Source of the DNA: Thermoplasmata archaeon
GTDB taxonomy: Archaea > Thermoplasmatota > Thermoplasmata > Lutacidiplasmatales > UBA184
DNA: 64,000 bases
NCBI GenBank assembly: GCA_021806135.1
Contig: JAJZYB010000002.1
Coordinates: forward strand, 18,393 to 82,392
Direction: 5' to 3'
Positions 8,608-17,713 of the stretch are shown here, piece after piece. The stretch's first letter is position 1, and every line of letters starts with the position of its first letter. Under the pieces are notes generated by a model. The model did no database searches, was not told where the DNA came from, and saw only the letters and a list, made by a program, of their open reading frames with translations. The translations under genes were made by a program, and so were the position numbers.

Positions 8608-11600
8608 TCACCGGAAGTAGGCTTGGGCCTCCTGGGCCACTTCCCGGGCCCGGACGTTCAGGCGCATCGCATCCTCGACCCTCCCCTGGCTGAGGAGGGC
8701 CTTCTGGGTGGACACGCTCGCCTGGAGCGTAGTCACCAGGGATCGCCGGAACGCTTCCGTCATCGCGTCGTCCAGGGCCGCCTTCCGTCCCGCGCTCGAG
8801 GCGCTCGGGGGCGGGGGGGTCATGTTGGCCGGGGTCCGGGGGGTGGGTTCCGGGGACGGGGGGTTGGTGGTCCCCGTCTTCCGGTTCGCCCGCCGCCCAC
8901 CAGCGTAGGCCGTCACGCCGATCACCGCTCCTACCAGCGCGATGATGGCGATGACCCCCAGACTCCCGATGCTGTTGAACCACATGGGGGCCACCGTGCC
9001 CTTCTTGGAGCTCAACTCGTTCTGGAGCTGGGTCACCTTCGCATTCAGCGTCGCGATGCTCGCCGTGTCCGTGGAGATCGCTCCCTGGTCCGAGGTGATC
9101 GTGGCCTGGTCCTGCTGGATGGTCTGTTGGGCCGCCGTCAACTGGGCCTCAACCCCCGCCAACTGCGCCTGCTCCGCCGTGGTGTTCCCCTGGCTGGCCG
9201 ACAGCTGGGCCTCGAGGCTCGCCACCTGCGCGGTCAGGGTGGATACCGTTCCCTGCGCGGTGGAAAGCTCCGAGGTCAAGGTGGAGACCTGTCCTTTCAA
9301 CGTGGACACGGTGCCCGTGAGGGTCGTGACCTGCGAAGAGAGGCTGGAGACCTGTCCCTGGAGCTGGGCGATGTTGGCGTTGGCCGTGTTCAACTCCCCT
9401 TGTAGGGTGCTGACCTGTCCGCTCAGGCTCGTGACCTGGCTGTTCAGCGAGGTGATCGTGGCCGCGTCCGAGGTGATGGTCGCCTGGTCCGCCGCGAGCT
9501 CCCCGTTCAGGGTCTTGACCAACTGGCTCAGACTGGCCGCCTCATTGTCCGCGTAGAGGTTCACCGTCCGGGTCGTGCTGGTCAGTCCCGCCACGGTCTC
9601 CGTGAACACCACCGAGTACGCGCCATCCATCAGGGTGGCCGTGTTCAAGGTGTAGCTGCCCGAGATGCCGCTGGCAAGGATCTCCGACCCTCCCGCCCAC
9701 ACCAGGGCGAGCGTCCCGGAGGCTCCGGGGTAGCTCGTCCCGGCGAAGGTGAAGGTGTCGCTGCCCGTCACCGTCTGGGTCCCTGCGCTCGAGGTCAGGG
9801 TCGCCGGCAGGAACACGATGGGGTCGCTCCAGACCAACAGGTTCACGGAGGTAAGCTGGAAGCAGAAGACGCTCCCGAAGCACTCCGTGAAGGAGAGGTC
9901 GTTCGTCCCGCCTGCCACCATCGAGACCTGGATCGGTCCGGTGATGCCTGCCGTGCTAAGATCCACGGAGATCTGACCGTTGAACACCCCGCTCACGTAC
10001 ACCCCGCTGTTGCTGTCGTAGAACGCCGGGGGATAGGTGGTGTTGACGTACTGCCCTGGGGAGCTCCCGATGCTGACGTTCACGTAGTTCACGTCCTTCA
10101 TGCCGGAGAACGTGAGCACTCCCGTGACCGCGCCGCTGCTCGTGGTGCTGCCGGAGGTCATGGTCAGGTCCTGGGTGTTGAACGAACCGGACTGGGGCTC
10201 GATCAACACCGTGACCGTGTTCGAGGTCAGGCCATCGTAGGACGCGGTCAGGTTCACGACCTGGGTCGGGAGATATCCGTTGGTCTCGGCGGTGAACGCG
10301 TTCGTCCAGAAGTTGAACTCACCGGAACCACCGGACAGGTACGTCCCGAGCGTGGCGCCCGACGCGTAGCTGGACAGGGGCATGGTGGGGTCGATGTTCT
10401 GGAAGAGCCCGACGTTCACGGAGGTCTCCGTTACCAGGGCGTTGGCGACCGGCACCCCATTGAGGGTGGCGAAGCCCTGCGGGTAGATGTTGTAGAACCC
10501 GGTGTACCCCGTCGTGAAGGTGGTGACCTCCGCGACGGAGGTCTGGCAGATGCCGTTCACGTCCGAGACGCACAGGCTCAGCATTCCCGCGACGGCCGGT
10601 TGGGCGACCGCGTAGGGCGCGAAGGACCACTCCGGCCCCGCCAGCGAGGTGACGAGGAAGTAGCCGTACTCCGTGCCGTTCGTGACCTCGTTGGCCGGCT
10701 GGGTGTAGGTCGGCGTGTAGGTGAACCGCCCATGGGCGTTGGTCTGCAGGGTGGTGACCGTGCCGCCGCCGTAGGTCCCGTCGTTGGCGCCGCCCGAGTA
10801 GGCGGCCACGTTGAAGATCCCCGGCTGGCCGTTCGCGGTGATGACCTCGAGAGTGTACGTGTGTCCACCCACGAGCGTCTCACTGGACATCGGCATCAGG
10901 GTCCCGCCCGACGTGACGACCTCCACCTGGAAGGCAGGGTTCGTCAGGGTGTAGCCCGGTTGTCCCGTCTGCCCGATGAGCTCCTGGTCGAGGATGTTCA
11001 CTTGGATCGCTCCAAGCCCCTGGAGGTAGTTCCATCCGGGGCCGGCTGGGTTGCCCAGAGTGTTGAACCACCAGGGAAGGACGGGGTCGTACGGTTGCTC
11101 GATGCTCAGGTTGAAGTAGTACCAATTGAAGCTGTTCGTCGGGCCCCAATCGAAACCGATCCCCTGAGCCGCCATGTCCACGTAGGGGTTCACGCCGAAC
11201 GAGGAGACTCCGGCCTCGAAGGCGTTGTGGGCCGCGTAGAGGATCGGGTTGATGTCCCCCATCTTCGGCGTCCCATACGCCACGTTGGCCTGCTCCTCGA
11301 TGAGCGCCCACTCCCCCGCCGTCGCCGGCGTCGCGAAGGAGGTCCCGCCGTAGTTCGCCAACCATCCGCCGTACATCTGGTCGTAGATGGTCATGTTGAA
11401 CGCCGCCGAAAGGCTCACCACGGGGTCGATAGCCGCACCCGTACTGTAGGAGTCCAGGGCGTTCTGGTACCACGGCTGTTGCTCGCCGATGGACTGGCCG
11501 AAGCCTCCACCCACGATCCCTTGCAACGTCCCGGTGAGCCCCTCGCCGTAACTCCAGTACGTGAAACTCGCTAGACCCGTCGCCGGGGCGACGTACTGGG

Positions 11601-13458
11601 CAGGGGTGCACACGAACGGCAGGAACTGGCAGTAGCTCGGTGGGTAGAACGAGAATACACACTCTCCACCGCCGGCGTAGACGTAGCCACTGGGGCACAC
11701 CACATTGGAGGTCACGGGATAGACTACCCCGCCGCTCTCCGCCGTGGTCTGTCCGCCACCCACCGAGGTCGATCCCGGGGAGACGGCGGGCATACCCGCC
11801 TGGTTCGCCGCCAAGAACGCAGCACCGGAGTAATCGCCGCTGGCGAAGAAGTTGGTGACGCCCACCATGTTCAGTTGTTCCAACAGGGTGTTCTCCACCG
11901 TCAGGTACATCGGAGAGCCGTAGAAGGCCGCGTACTCCTCCCCCTCACCGTACGAGTTCGAGGTGATGGAGATGGAACCGGCCCCCGGGGGCAAGGCCTG
12001 GCTGGAGACCGGCTGGGCCCCAACCGCGACGACCGTCCCCACGCTGGCGGGGAGGGTGGTCTGCCCCTGGCTCAGGTACTGGGCGACATCGGAGAAGACC
12101 GTGTCGAAGGCCGAGAAGTCCGCGCTCCCGGCAGCCACGATGTCAATGTGCGCCATCGGGGCCATCGTGGCGGCGTACTCCACGTCCAGGGCGGTCTCGA
12201 TGGTCCACCCATTGAAGAGGCCGTTGAACAGGCACCCGTTGTAGTTGTTGTTCGGGAAGATCGCGCCGGGAGTGTTCAGACCGATCTGGGTGATGCGGTC
12301 CACCAAGGGCGTCCCCGGCTGGCTGGGGTTGGTCCAGACCTGGTTCGAGAACGACTGGATGGTTCCCGTGTCCAGACACCCGACCTCGACGAGGGCGATG
12401 GTGACCCCCTGACCCATGTCAGGTTCCGAGGCGATGGTCGAAGAGCCGCTCCACAGGTTGGTCGCACCCACCAGCGCATGCATGGTGCTGGGGTAGAGGG
12501 TCTGACTAGCGGTACACCCAAACCCAAAGAACGCGCAGTCGAAACTGGATGGGTTGCCGGGCGTCCACGTATAGTTCGCCCCCGCGAGACCTTGGATGGT
12601 GTCGATGGTCAGATTGTAGTTCACTCCGGACCCGAGCGGAAGGGGGTTCCCGTTGCCCAGGTTTGCCTTCTCGGCAAGGGCGGTGTAGTTCACACCGGGT
12701 CCCATTCCGAGCGGGGCGGAGACCATTGGCTGGGCGGTGAGCCCGCCGAGGCCTGCCACACCGCCGATGACCCCCGTGAGAGAGGCCGGCAGCGCGAGCG
12801 GGGCCGTGTTGGCGTAGAACCCAGGCGCGTAGGTCGTGCTTCCTGCCACCGCGCTCCCGTTCCCGTAAAGCGGGTTCCATACGCCCTGGGACCGGTACTC
12901 CCGGGCAAACGGCATGATGGTCGTGTGGAAGGCCGCACTCATCTGGGAGGGCGTCCCGCTCACCGAGAGGGTGAGCAGGCCGGAGCTCAGCTGCACGGAG
13001 AGCCCGTAGCCCTCGAAGTAGCTGACCACCGAAGCGTAGCTGGAACTCCCGAACTCACTCCCGATGGAGTTGATGCTCAGGAAGTGACGGTACGCCGGGT
13101 TGTTCGGATTGTTCAATTGGTTCACGAAAGTGCTGAGGCTCTGGCTCGGGTTCAAGGAGACCACCGCCGAGACCGCCGACGGAAGCGGCGAAGCTCCCGA
13201 CGGAACGCTCGACTCTGGGACCACCAGATACTGTCCCAACACATTTGGTCCGTTCGGCGTTAGGCCACTGGCACTATTGGCGAGGGGAGTGATGGGGCCA
13301 CTGGCCGCTGGGGTCACGGGCGTCGCCGCCGCAGGGCTGGGTCCCTGGGCGGAGGCCGGGGTGAGGGCAAGGACGCCCACCACCATGCTCAGCACCATGA
13401 CCGCTGCCACCAGCAGGGCCACACTCTTTCGCCAAGGACGTTCGCTTAGGTTGGTCAT
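8608..13458 (-). CDS. membrane-anchored S53 (sedolisin/kumamolisin-type) serine peptidase with beta-rich extension, coiled-coil stalk and C-terminal TM anchor
   Basis: Signal/TM 'VALLVAAVMVLSMVVGVLALTPASA'. Pro-kumamolisin-type activation domain 'NPAYRHFLSINSIGSEFGSSSYASVVSYFEGYGLSV'. Catalytic Ser motif 'YGGTSFATPATAGEWALIEEQ'. About 700 aa of S/T/N/G-rich sequence follow, then a 182-aa heptad region (9001-9546), TM 'IGSLGVIAIIALVGAVIGVTAYA' (8902-8970) and a 97-aa basic/helical tail. Confidence 0.85.
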   Translation of the reverse strand: MTNLSERPWRKSVALLVAAVMVLSMVVGVLALTPASAQGPSPAAATPVTPAASGPITPLANSASGLTPNGPNVLGQYLVVPESSVPSGASPLPSAVSAVVSLNPSQSLSTFVNQLNNPNNPAYRHFLSINSIGSEFGSSSYASVVSYFEGYGLSVQLSSGLLTLSVSGTPSQMSAAFHTTIMPFAREYRSQGVWNPLYGNGSAVAGSTTYAPGFYANTAPLALPASLTGVIGGVAGLGGLTAQPMVSAPLGMGPGVNYTALAEKANLGNGNPLPLGSGVNYNLTIDTIQGLAGANYTWTPGNPSSFDCAFFGFGCTASQTLYPSTMHALVGATNLWSGSSTIASEPDMGQGVTIALVEVGCLDTGTIQSFSNQVWTNPSQPGTPLVDRITQIGLNTPGAIFPNNNYNGCLFNGLFNGWTIETALDVEYAATMAPMAHIDIVAAGSADFSAFDTVFSDVAQYLSQGQTTLPASVGTVVAVGAQPVSSQALPPGAGSISITSNSYGEGEEYAAFYGSPMYLTVENTLLEQLNMVGVTNFFASGDYSGAAFLAANQAGMPAVSPGSTSVGGGQTTAESGGVVYPVTSNVVCPSGYVYAGGGECVFSFYPPSYCQFLPFVCTPAQYVAPATGLASFTYWSYGEGLTGTLQGIVGGGFGQSIGEQQPWYQNALDSYSTGAAIDPVVSLSAAFNMTIYDQMYGGWLANYGGTSFATPATAGEWALIEEQANVAYGTPKMGDINPILYAAHNAFEAGVSSFGVNPYVDMAAQGIGFDWGPTNSFNWYYFNLSIEQPYDPVLPWWFNTLGNPAGPGWNYLQGLGAIQVNILDQELIGQTGQPGYTLTNPAFQVEVVTSGGTLMPMSSETLVGGHTYTLEVITANGQPGIFNVAAYSGGANDGTYGGGTVTTLQTNAHGRFTYTPTYTQPANEVTNGTEYGYFLVTSLAGPEWSFAPYAVAQPAVAGMLSLCVSDVNGICQTSVAEVTTFTTGYTGFYNIYPQGFATLNGVPVANALVTETSVNVGLFQNIDPTMPLSSYASGATLGTYLSGGSGEFNFWTNAFTAETNGYLPTQVVNLTASYDGLTSNTVTVLIEPQSGSFNTQDLTMTSGSTTSSGAVTGVLTFSGMKDVNYVNVSIGSSPGQYVNTTYPPAFYDSNSGVYVSGVFNGQISVDLSTAGITGPIQVSMVAGGTNDLSFTECFGSVFCFQLTSVNLLVWSDPIVFLPATLTSSAGTQTVTGSDTFTFAGTSYPGASGTLALVWAGGSEILASGISGSYTLNTATLMDGAYSVVFTETVAGLTSTTRTVNLYADNEAASLSQLVKTLNGELAADQATITSDAATITSLNSQVTSLSGQVSTLQGELNTANANIAQLQGQVSSLSSQVTTLTGTVSTLKGQVSTLTSELSTAQGTVSTLTAQVASLEAQLSASQGNTTAEQAQLAGVEAQLTAAQQTIQQDQATITSDQGAISTDTASIATLNAKVTQLQNELSSKKGTVAPMWFNSIGSLGVIAIIALVGAVIGVTAYAGGRRANRKTGTTNPPSPEPTPRTPANMTPPPPSASSAGRKAALDDAMTEAFRRSLVTTLQASVSTQKALLSQGRVEDAMRLNVRAREVAQEAQAYFR
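9187..9438 (-). repeat. twelve tandem 21-bp (heptad) units inside the peptidase stalk
   Basis: Protein units are QVTSLSG QVSTLQG ELNTANA NIAQLQG QVSSLSS QVTTLTG TVSTLKG QVSTLTS ELSTAQG TVSTLTA QVASLEA QLSASQG. The DNA shows recurring ...ggagacctgtcc... / ...gtgacctg... every 21 nt. Confidence 0.8.
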
Positions 13459-13698
13459 ACGGTTCCTTCCGGTCCATTACGGACCATGCCGGTGACCAGG
13501 AATGGTATACTTAACCATGCCGCTCCGGTGCATGGGGGGACTTCCACCCCGTGTCGCCCGGTCGCCAGGTCCGTCCCGCATCCTCAGGAGATCTCCCCGA
13601 GGGGCTTTGAGGGGCCTCCGGAGGGATGGGGGCCAGCGCCCCCGACGCACCGGGGGCATGCGAACGACGCCCGGGTAACTGGTTGAAATTAAACGTAA

Positions 13699-13708
13699 GG
13701 TTTATGGA
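13699..13708 (+). promoter_or_regulatory. TATA-like box for the RHH gene (leaderless)
   Basis: 'ggtttatgga' lies in the only A/T-rich patch of the gap (gaaattaaacgtaaggtttatgg). It is centred ~25 nt upstream of the ATG at 13727. Confidence 0.4.
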
Positions 13709-13726
13709 CCCCTCGGGAGAGTATAG

Positions 13727-13921
13727 ATGTTCATGAGCCTACACGGTCGTGAACGAGGCAGCCCTCGGCCCGCGGTCTACACGGTGCTGCTCCAGGTGAA
13801 GATTTCCCGAGAGTCGAACGAACTCCTCAAGCGGGTCGCCACGAAGAACTACCGTACCCGTTCCCAGGAGGCCCGGCTCGCGCTGGAGACCCATCTGCGG
13901 AAGGTCGGCATCCACGGTTGA
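13727..13921 (+). CDS. ribbon-helix-helix (CopG/Arc-like) DNA-binding protein
   Basis: 64-aa ORF. 'YTVLLQVKISRESNELLKRVATKNYRTRSQEARLALETHL' fits a beta-strand/helix/helix RHH pattern. Confidence 0.6.
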   Translation: MFMSLHGRERGSPRPAVYTVLLQVKISRESNELLKRVATKNYRTRSQEARLALETHLRKVGIHG

Positions 13922-14356
13922 AGTGCCCCCAGGGCACGCTACCGGGGCCGCTTTGGGTCCCCTGGGGGATCCGCCCGACGCCCTCGTAAGGGGGCGAGCG
14001 GCAATCCCCCGGAGGTAGCGCTGTGTTCCAGATGGGAGATCCCTCTCTCCGGCTCCTTCCGATAGCTCGCTGCCGGGGTCGCCCCTTCCGACACGATCCG
14101 ACCGAAGGGGGTCTTGGCAGATGGCTTGCGTGACGCGGGGCGCCGGCCCGGGGAACCCCGGGCTTCCGGGGAAATCCCCTCCCGGGCCGGGACCGGGGCG
14201 GCCGAGGGCCAGTTCGGGAGCTCGAGGGGCTCTTGGACGGGGGTCGGGAACGTGGATCCCCCCCTCCACGGAGGGGGTGCGGGAAGGGGGGCGCCGGGGG
14301 CCCTTCGGGGATGGGCACGGGCTTTGTACTGACCCGTTCTACGCCCCGGAGAGACC

Positions 14357-15319
14357 ATGACCCCTCCAGCGAACTCCGGGTCCCCGCCCGATGCCGGATC
14401 CCCCCGCCTACTTCGCCGGGGCAAGGTGAAGGAGGTCTGGGAGATCTCCCCCACCGAGCTCGAGTTCGTTTTCAGCGACGACATCAGCGTCTTTGACAAG
14501 CGCATCCCAAACCCCATCCCCCACAAGGGGGAGTCCCTCGCCCGGACCGCTGCCCACTGGTTCGAGCTCTGCGCCCGGGAAGGGGTGAACCACCACTTCC
14601 TTCGGCTCTCCGCCCCGAACCGTATGAGGGTCCGGCGGGTGGAGGTGGTGGAACACCCGAAACCCTCCTCCCATCCGAAGCGGCAGTTCATCCCGCTGGA
14701 GTTCGTCGTACGCTACTACGTGGCCGGAAGCCTCTGGGACCGGATCCAGGCCGGGAAGGTGCCCGCCCCCGAGCTCGGCTTCCCCGGAGGGCACACCCTG
14801 GTCTACGGGGAGAAGCTCCCCCGACCGCTCTTCGAGGTCACCACCAAGCTCGAGAAGGTGGACCGTCTGCTCACCTTCCCGGAGGCCGCCGAGGTGGGTG
14901 GGCTCCCGTCCGGCACCTTGGAGGAGATCCGTGCGATCATCCTCGGGATCGACGGGGCGCTCCAACGGGAGATCGGACCCCGGGGCCTCCTTCACGTGGA
15001 TGGAAAGAAGGAGTTCGGTTTCGATGAGGAAGGCCGCCTCATGGTGGTGGACACCTTCGGGACGGCCGACGAGGACCGCTTCTGGGACGCCAGGGCCTAT
15101 GCGGCCGGGGAGTTCAAGGACTTCTCCAAGGAGTTCGTCCGGCAGCATTATCGTCGTTCGGGGTACCACACCACCCTCACGAACGCCAGGGACCAGCACC
15201 AGGACGAGCCCCCCATCCCATCCCTCCCTCCAGAGCTGGTCACCGAGGTCTCGCACCTGTACACGGGCGTCTTCGAACGACTGACGGGCGAACCGTTCTC
15301 CGGGGCGACCTCACGCTAG
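14357..15319 (+). CDS. purC: phosphoribosylaminoimidazole-succinocarboxamide (SAICAR) synthase
   Basis: 320-aa ORF with 'RRGKVKEVWE', 'FSDDISVFDKRIPNPIPHKGE', 'PLEFVVRYYVAGSLWDR' and 'HVDGKKEFGFDEEGRLMVVDTFGTADEDRFWD'. Confidence 0.9.
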   Translation: MTPPANSGSPPDAGSPRLLRRGKVKEVWEISPTELEFVFSDDISVFDKRIPNPIPHKGESLARTAAHWFELCAREGVNHHFLRLSAPNRMRVRRVEVVEHPKPSSHPKRQFIPLEFVVRYYVAGSLWDRIQAGKVPAPELGFPGGHTLVYGEKLPRPLFEVTTKLEKVDRLLTFPEAAEVGGLPSGTLEEIRAIILGIDGALQREIGPRGLLHVDGKKEFGFDEEGRLMVVDTFGTADEDRFWDARAYAAGEFKDFSKEFVRQHYRRSGYHTTLTNARDQHQDEPPIPSLPPELVTEVSHLYTGVFERLTGEPFSGATSR

Positions 15320-15725
15320 ACGGTCCCGCGCTTGGGGGGCGCCCACCGGGGGGCTCCCCGGGTCCACCGGAGCGATCTCCCCCGGGCAAGGACTGAGATG
15401 CGCCGTTCTCCCATGGTCACCGGAGGAGCCGATCGGAGCGGTGGAAGAACGCTCTCCCCATCCCCGCCCGGGGCATCGGACCCCGGGGGACCCCCTCTCC
15501 GGCGCGGACCGTAGCCCCTGGGGAGGAGGTCCTACGACGGTTGGGCCCGGGATGGGGGTCGTCACGCCCCGCGGACACGCGAAACGGTGCACCGATGTGG
15601 GATTCACGGTCGGGCCCCGCTGACGGTCGCCGGCGGACAGGGCCCAGCCGGCACCCCTCCGCCCGTGGTCGACCGTGCGGACGGTGACGTGGCATCCCCG
15701 GAGTGTTTCATCCCCTCCCCCCGGC

Positions 15726-15734
15726 GTATATATG
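15726..15734 (+). promoter_or_regulatory. TATA box for radA (leaderless)
   Basis: 'gtatatatg', centred ~27 nt upstream of the ATG at 15758. Confidence 0.5.
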
Positions 15735-15757
15735 GGCCGGCCGGGCTCAGAGTCCCG

Positions 15758-16744
15758 ATGAGCCCCAAGACCGCGAAGGCCGGGTCCGACGAGAAGGAGG
15801 GAGAAGCGCCTGCGGAACTGGAGGACCTCCCCGGCGTGGGCCAGGCCACGGCCGAGAAGCTCCGGGAGGCCGGGTACGCCGACCTCATGGAACTCGCGGT
15901 GGCCTCCCCCGATGACGTGGCGACGGCCGCCGAGATCGGCGAGGGCGCGGCCCAGAAGATCATCCAGGAGGCGCGCAAACGCGTCCAGGTCGGTGGCTTC
16001 GAGTCGGGAAGCGCCATCCTGGAACGGCGCCGGAAGCTCGGCCGGATCACCACCATGTCGAAGGCCTTCGATGAGCTCCTGGGTGGAGGGGTGGAGACCC
16101 AGGCCATCACCGAGGTCTACGGTCAGTTCGGGAGCGGCAAGACCCAGCTCGGGCTGGAGCTCTCCGCCACCGTCCAGCTTCCGCCCGAGCAGGGAGGGCT
16201 TTCCGGCGAGGCCGTCTGGATCGACACGGAGAACACGTTCAGGGCCGAACGCCTGTCGGAGGTGGCGCGCGCCCTCGGCCTGGACCCGGAGAAGGCCCTC
16301 GAGCACGTGCACGTGGCCCGGGCCTTCAATTCGAACCACCAGGAGCTCCTGGTGCCCAAGGCCTTCGAGCTCGCTCGCGAACGGCCGGTCCGGCTGCTCG
16401 TGGTGGATTCCCTCACCGCCCACTTCCGGGCGGAGTTCCTGGGACGGGGGGCGCTGGCGGACCGGCAGCAACGGCTGAACCGGCACATGCACGAGCTCCT
16501 CCGCTTCGGGGACGTCTTCAACGCGGCCATCCTCTGCACGAACCAGGTCTCGGCCCGCCCCGACGTGCTCTTCGGAGATCCCACCGGCCCCATCGGGGGG
16601 AACATCGTGGGCCACACGGCCACCTACCGGGTCTACCTCAGGAAGTCCAAGCCGCCCCGACGGATCGCCCGGTTGGTCGACTCCCCCAACCTCCCGGAAG
16701 GGGAGGCCGTCTTCTCGGTGACGGGCGAAGGGATCCGGGACTGA
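15758..16744 (+). CDS. radA: DNA repair and recombination protein RadA
   Basis: HhH N-domain '[20 protein letters not shown]', Walker A '[10 protein letters not shown]', '[14 protein letters not shown]', Walker B '[12 protein letters not shown]' and '[17 protein letters not shown]'. The start is placed at the internal Met 58 of ORF 15587..16744. Confidence 0.95.
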   Translation: MSPKTAKAGSDEKEGEAPAELEDLPGVGQATAEKLREAGYADLMELAVASPDDVATAAEIGEGAAQKIIQEARKRVQVGGFESGSAILERRRKLGRITTMSKAFDELLGGGVETQAITEVYGQFGSGKTQLGLELSATVQLPPEQGGLSGEAVWIDTENTFRAERLSEVARALGLDPEKALEHVHVARAFNSNHQELLVPKAFELARERPVRLLVVDSLTAHFRAEFLGRGALADRQQRLNRHMHELLRFGDVFNAAILCTNQVSARPDVLFGDPTGPIGGNIVGHTATYRVYLRKSKPPRRIARLVDSPNLPEGEAVFSVTGEGIRD

Positions 16745-16757
16745 GCGGTCCGCACCG

Positions 16758-17441
16758 TCAGCGGCCCCGGACCTCCGCCTTGGCCGTCCCGGCGTGCCCG
16801 GCGGCGGGGAGCGGGAAGCCCTCCCCCGAAGGGACCGCCGCGGCCGGATGGGCGCTCACGTTGAAGAACCCGAACATCCCGGCTTCGTAGTGGCCGGGCA
16901 CCTCGCAGATGTAGCGGTAGCTTCCCGTGGCATTCGTCCAGAAGGAGAACTCCGCCTGGCTTCCCGGGGCCAGGCCGCTGAAGCGGGTGGCGTTGGAGAA
17001 CCCGGCCCCGGGGAAGGCCGGAAGGGAGGTGGCGGTCCCGTTGGCCGGGATCACTTCCCAGCTGTGGTTGAAGGGGGATTGCGCCGACACCTGGAAGGTC
17101 ACGAGGACGTGGCTCCCGTTCGCCACCAGCACGCAGGGGCCCGGGAGGGACCCGTTGAAGTTGATGCCCGAATTGACGTTGGGCTCCCCTGCGATGAACA
17201 GGAAGTGGAAGGTGCCGAGGCCATCGGCCCCCTCGCAGGCGGACGGGACCGGGGCCGGCGGGGACGAGGAGGAAGGAGGGTAAAGGTTGTAGGCGGTGAC
17301 GAACGTGATGGCCCCCACCACCAGGATCAGTCCCACGATCACGGGGGCCCAGCGCCGGAGGGCGCTCTTCGGCGGCGGCAGGATGGGCGCCTCGTTCACG
17401 GGTCTGGCCAGGGGAGCGGCGGACATGATGAGGCGGGCCAA
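16758..17441 (-). CDS. membrane-anchored type-1 copper protein (sulfocyanin-like cupredoxin)
   Basis: N-terminal TM 'WAPVIVGLILVVGAITFVTAY'. Copper ligands 'FNHSWEV' and 'YICEVPGHYEAGMFG' (C-x4-H-x4-M, the sulfocyanin spacing). Confidence 0.75.
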   Translation of the reverse strand: MARLIMSAAPLARPVNEAPILPPPKSALRRWAPVIVGLILVVGAITFVTAYNLYPPSSSSPPAPVPSACEGADGLGTFHFLFIAGEPNVNSGINFNGSLPGPCVLVANGSHVLVTFQVSAQSPFNHSWEVIPANGTATSLPAFPGAGFSNATRFSGLAPGSQAEFSFWTNATGSYRYICEVPGHYEAGMFGFFNVSAHPAAAVPSGEGFPLPAAGHAGTAKAEVRGR

Positions 17442-17713
17442 CCATGTTCCCCGCCATATAGCTTAGGGAAACCGTGCAGGAGAGCGGCCCGGGTCGCTCC
17501 GGACCTCTCGGGCAGGATCGGGGTGCAACCGCTCAAATCCCCCCGATGGGGAGGTCCCCAGGAGCGCCGGGACCCGGGACCGCGCCCGGTGGGTGCCGGG
17601 TCCCGTCGGTCCTTGCTCCCATCCTTTGCGCTTCCGCCGAGTCCTCCAGGGTGGTGGGTCCGCCCCGCGTGCCGGGAAACCCTAAACCCTCCCCCCTGCC
17701 TGGCCCCAGGCCC

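Noticed and set aside
13922-14356. A toxin partner for the RHH protein (a type II toxin-antitoxin pair).
   Set aside because: No downstream or upstream ORF of credible composition or toxin-like motif (PIN, RelE, ParE and similar) is present. The ORFs at 14114..14332 and 14121..14360 are G/R/P-rich shadows.
15587-15757. N-terminal extensions offered by the ORF track for radA (15587), hutH (17474), the Lrp gene (19332), the FAD subunit (41837), gcvT (45846), the STAND gene (51018), nadC (52718), PolX (57711), mutY (25331) and the S9 peptidase (23491).
   Set aside because: The extension peptides are shadow-like, overlap upstream genes or TATA boxes, and the conserved family N-termini begin at internal Met/Val codons.
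16329-16337. T-loop-like 'ggttcgaat' (minus strand) as a possible tRNA.
   Set aside because: It lies inside the radA coding sequence, and no acceptor, D or anticodon arms can be built around it.
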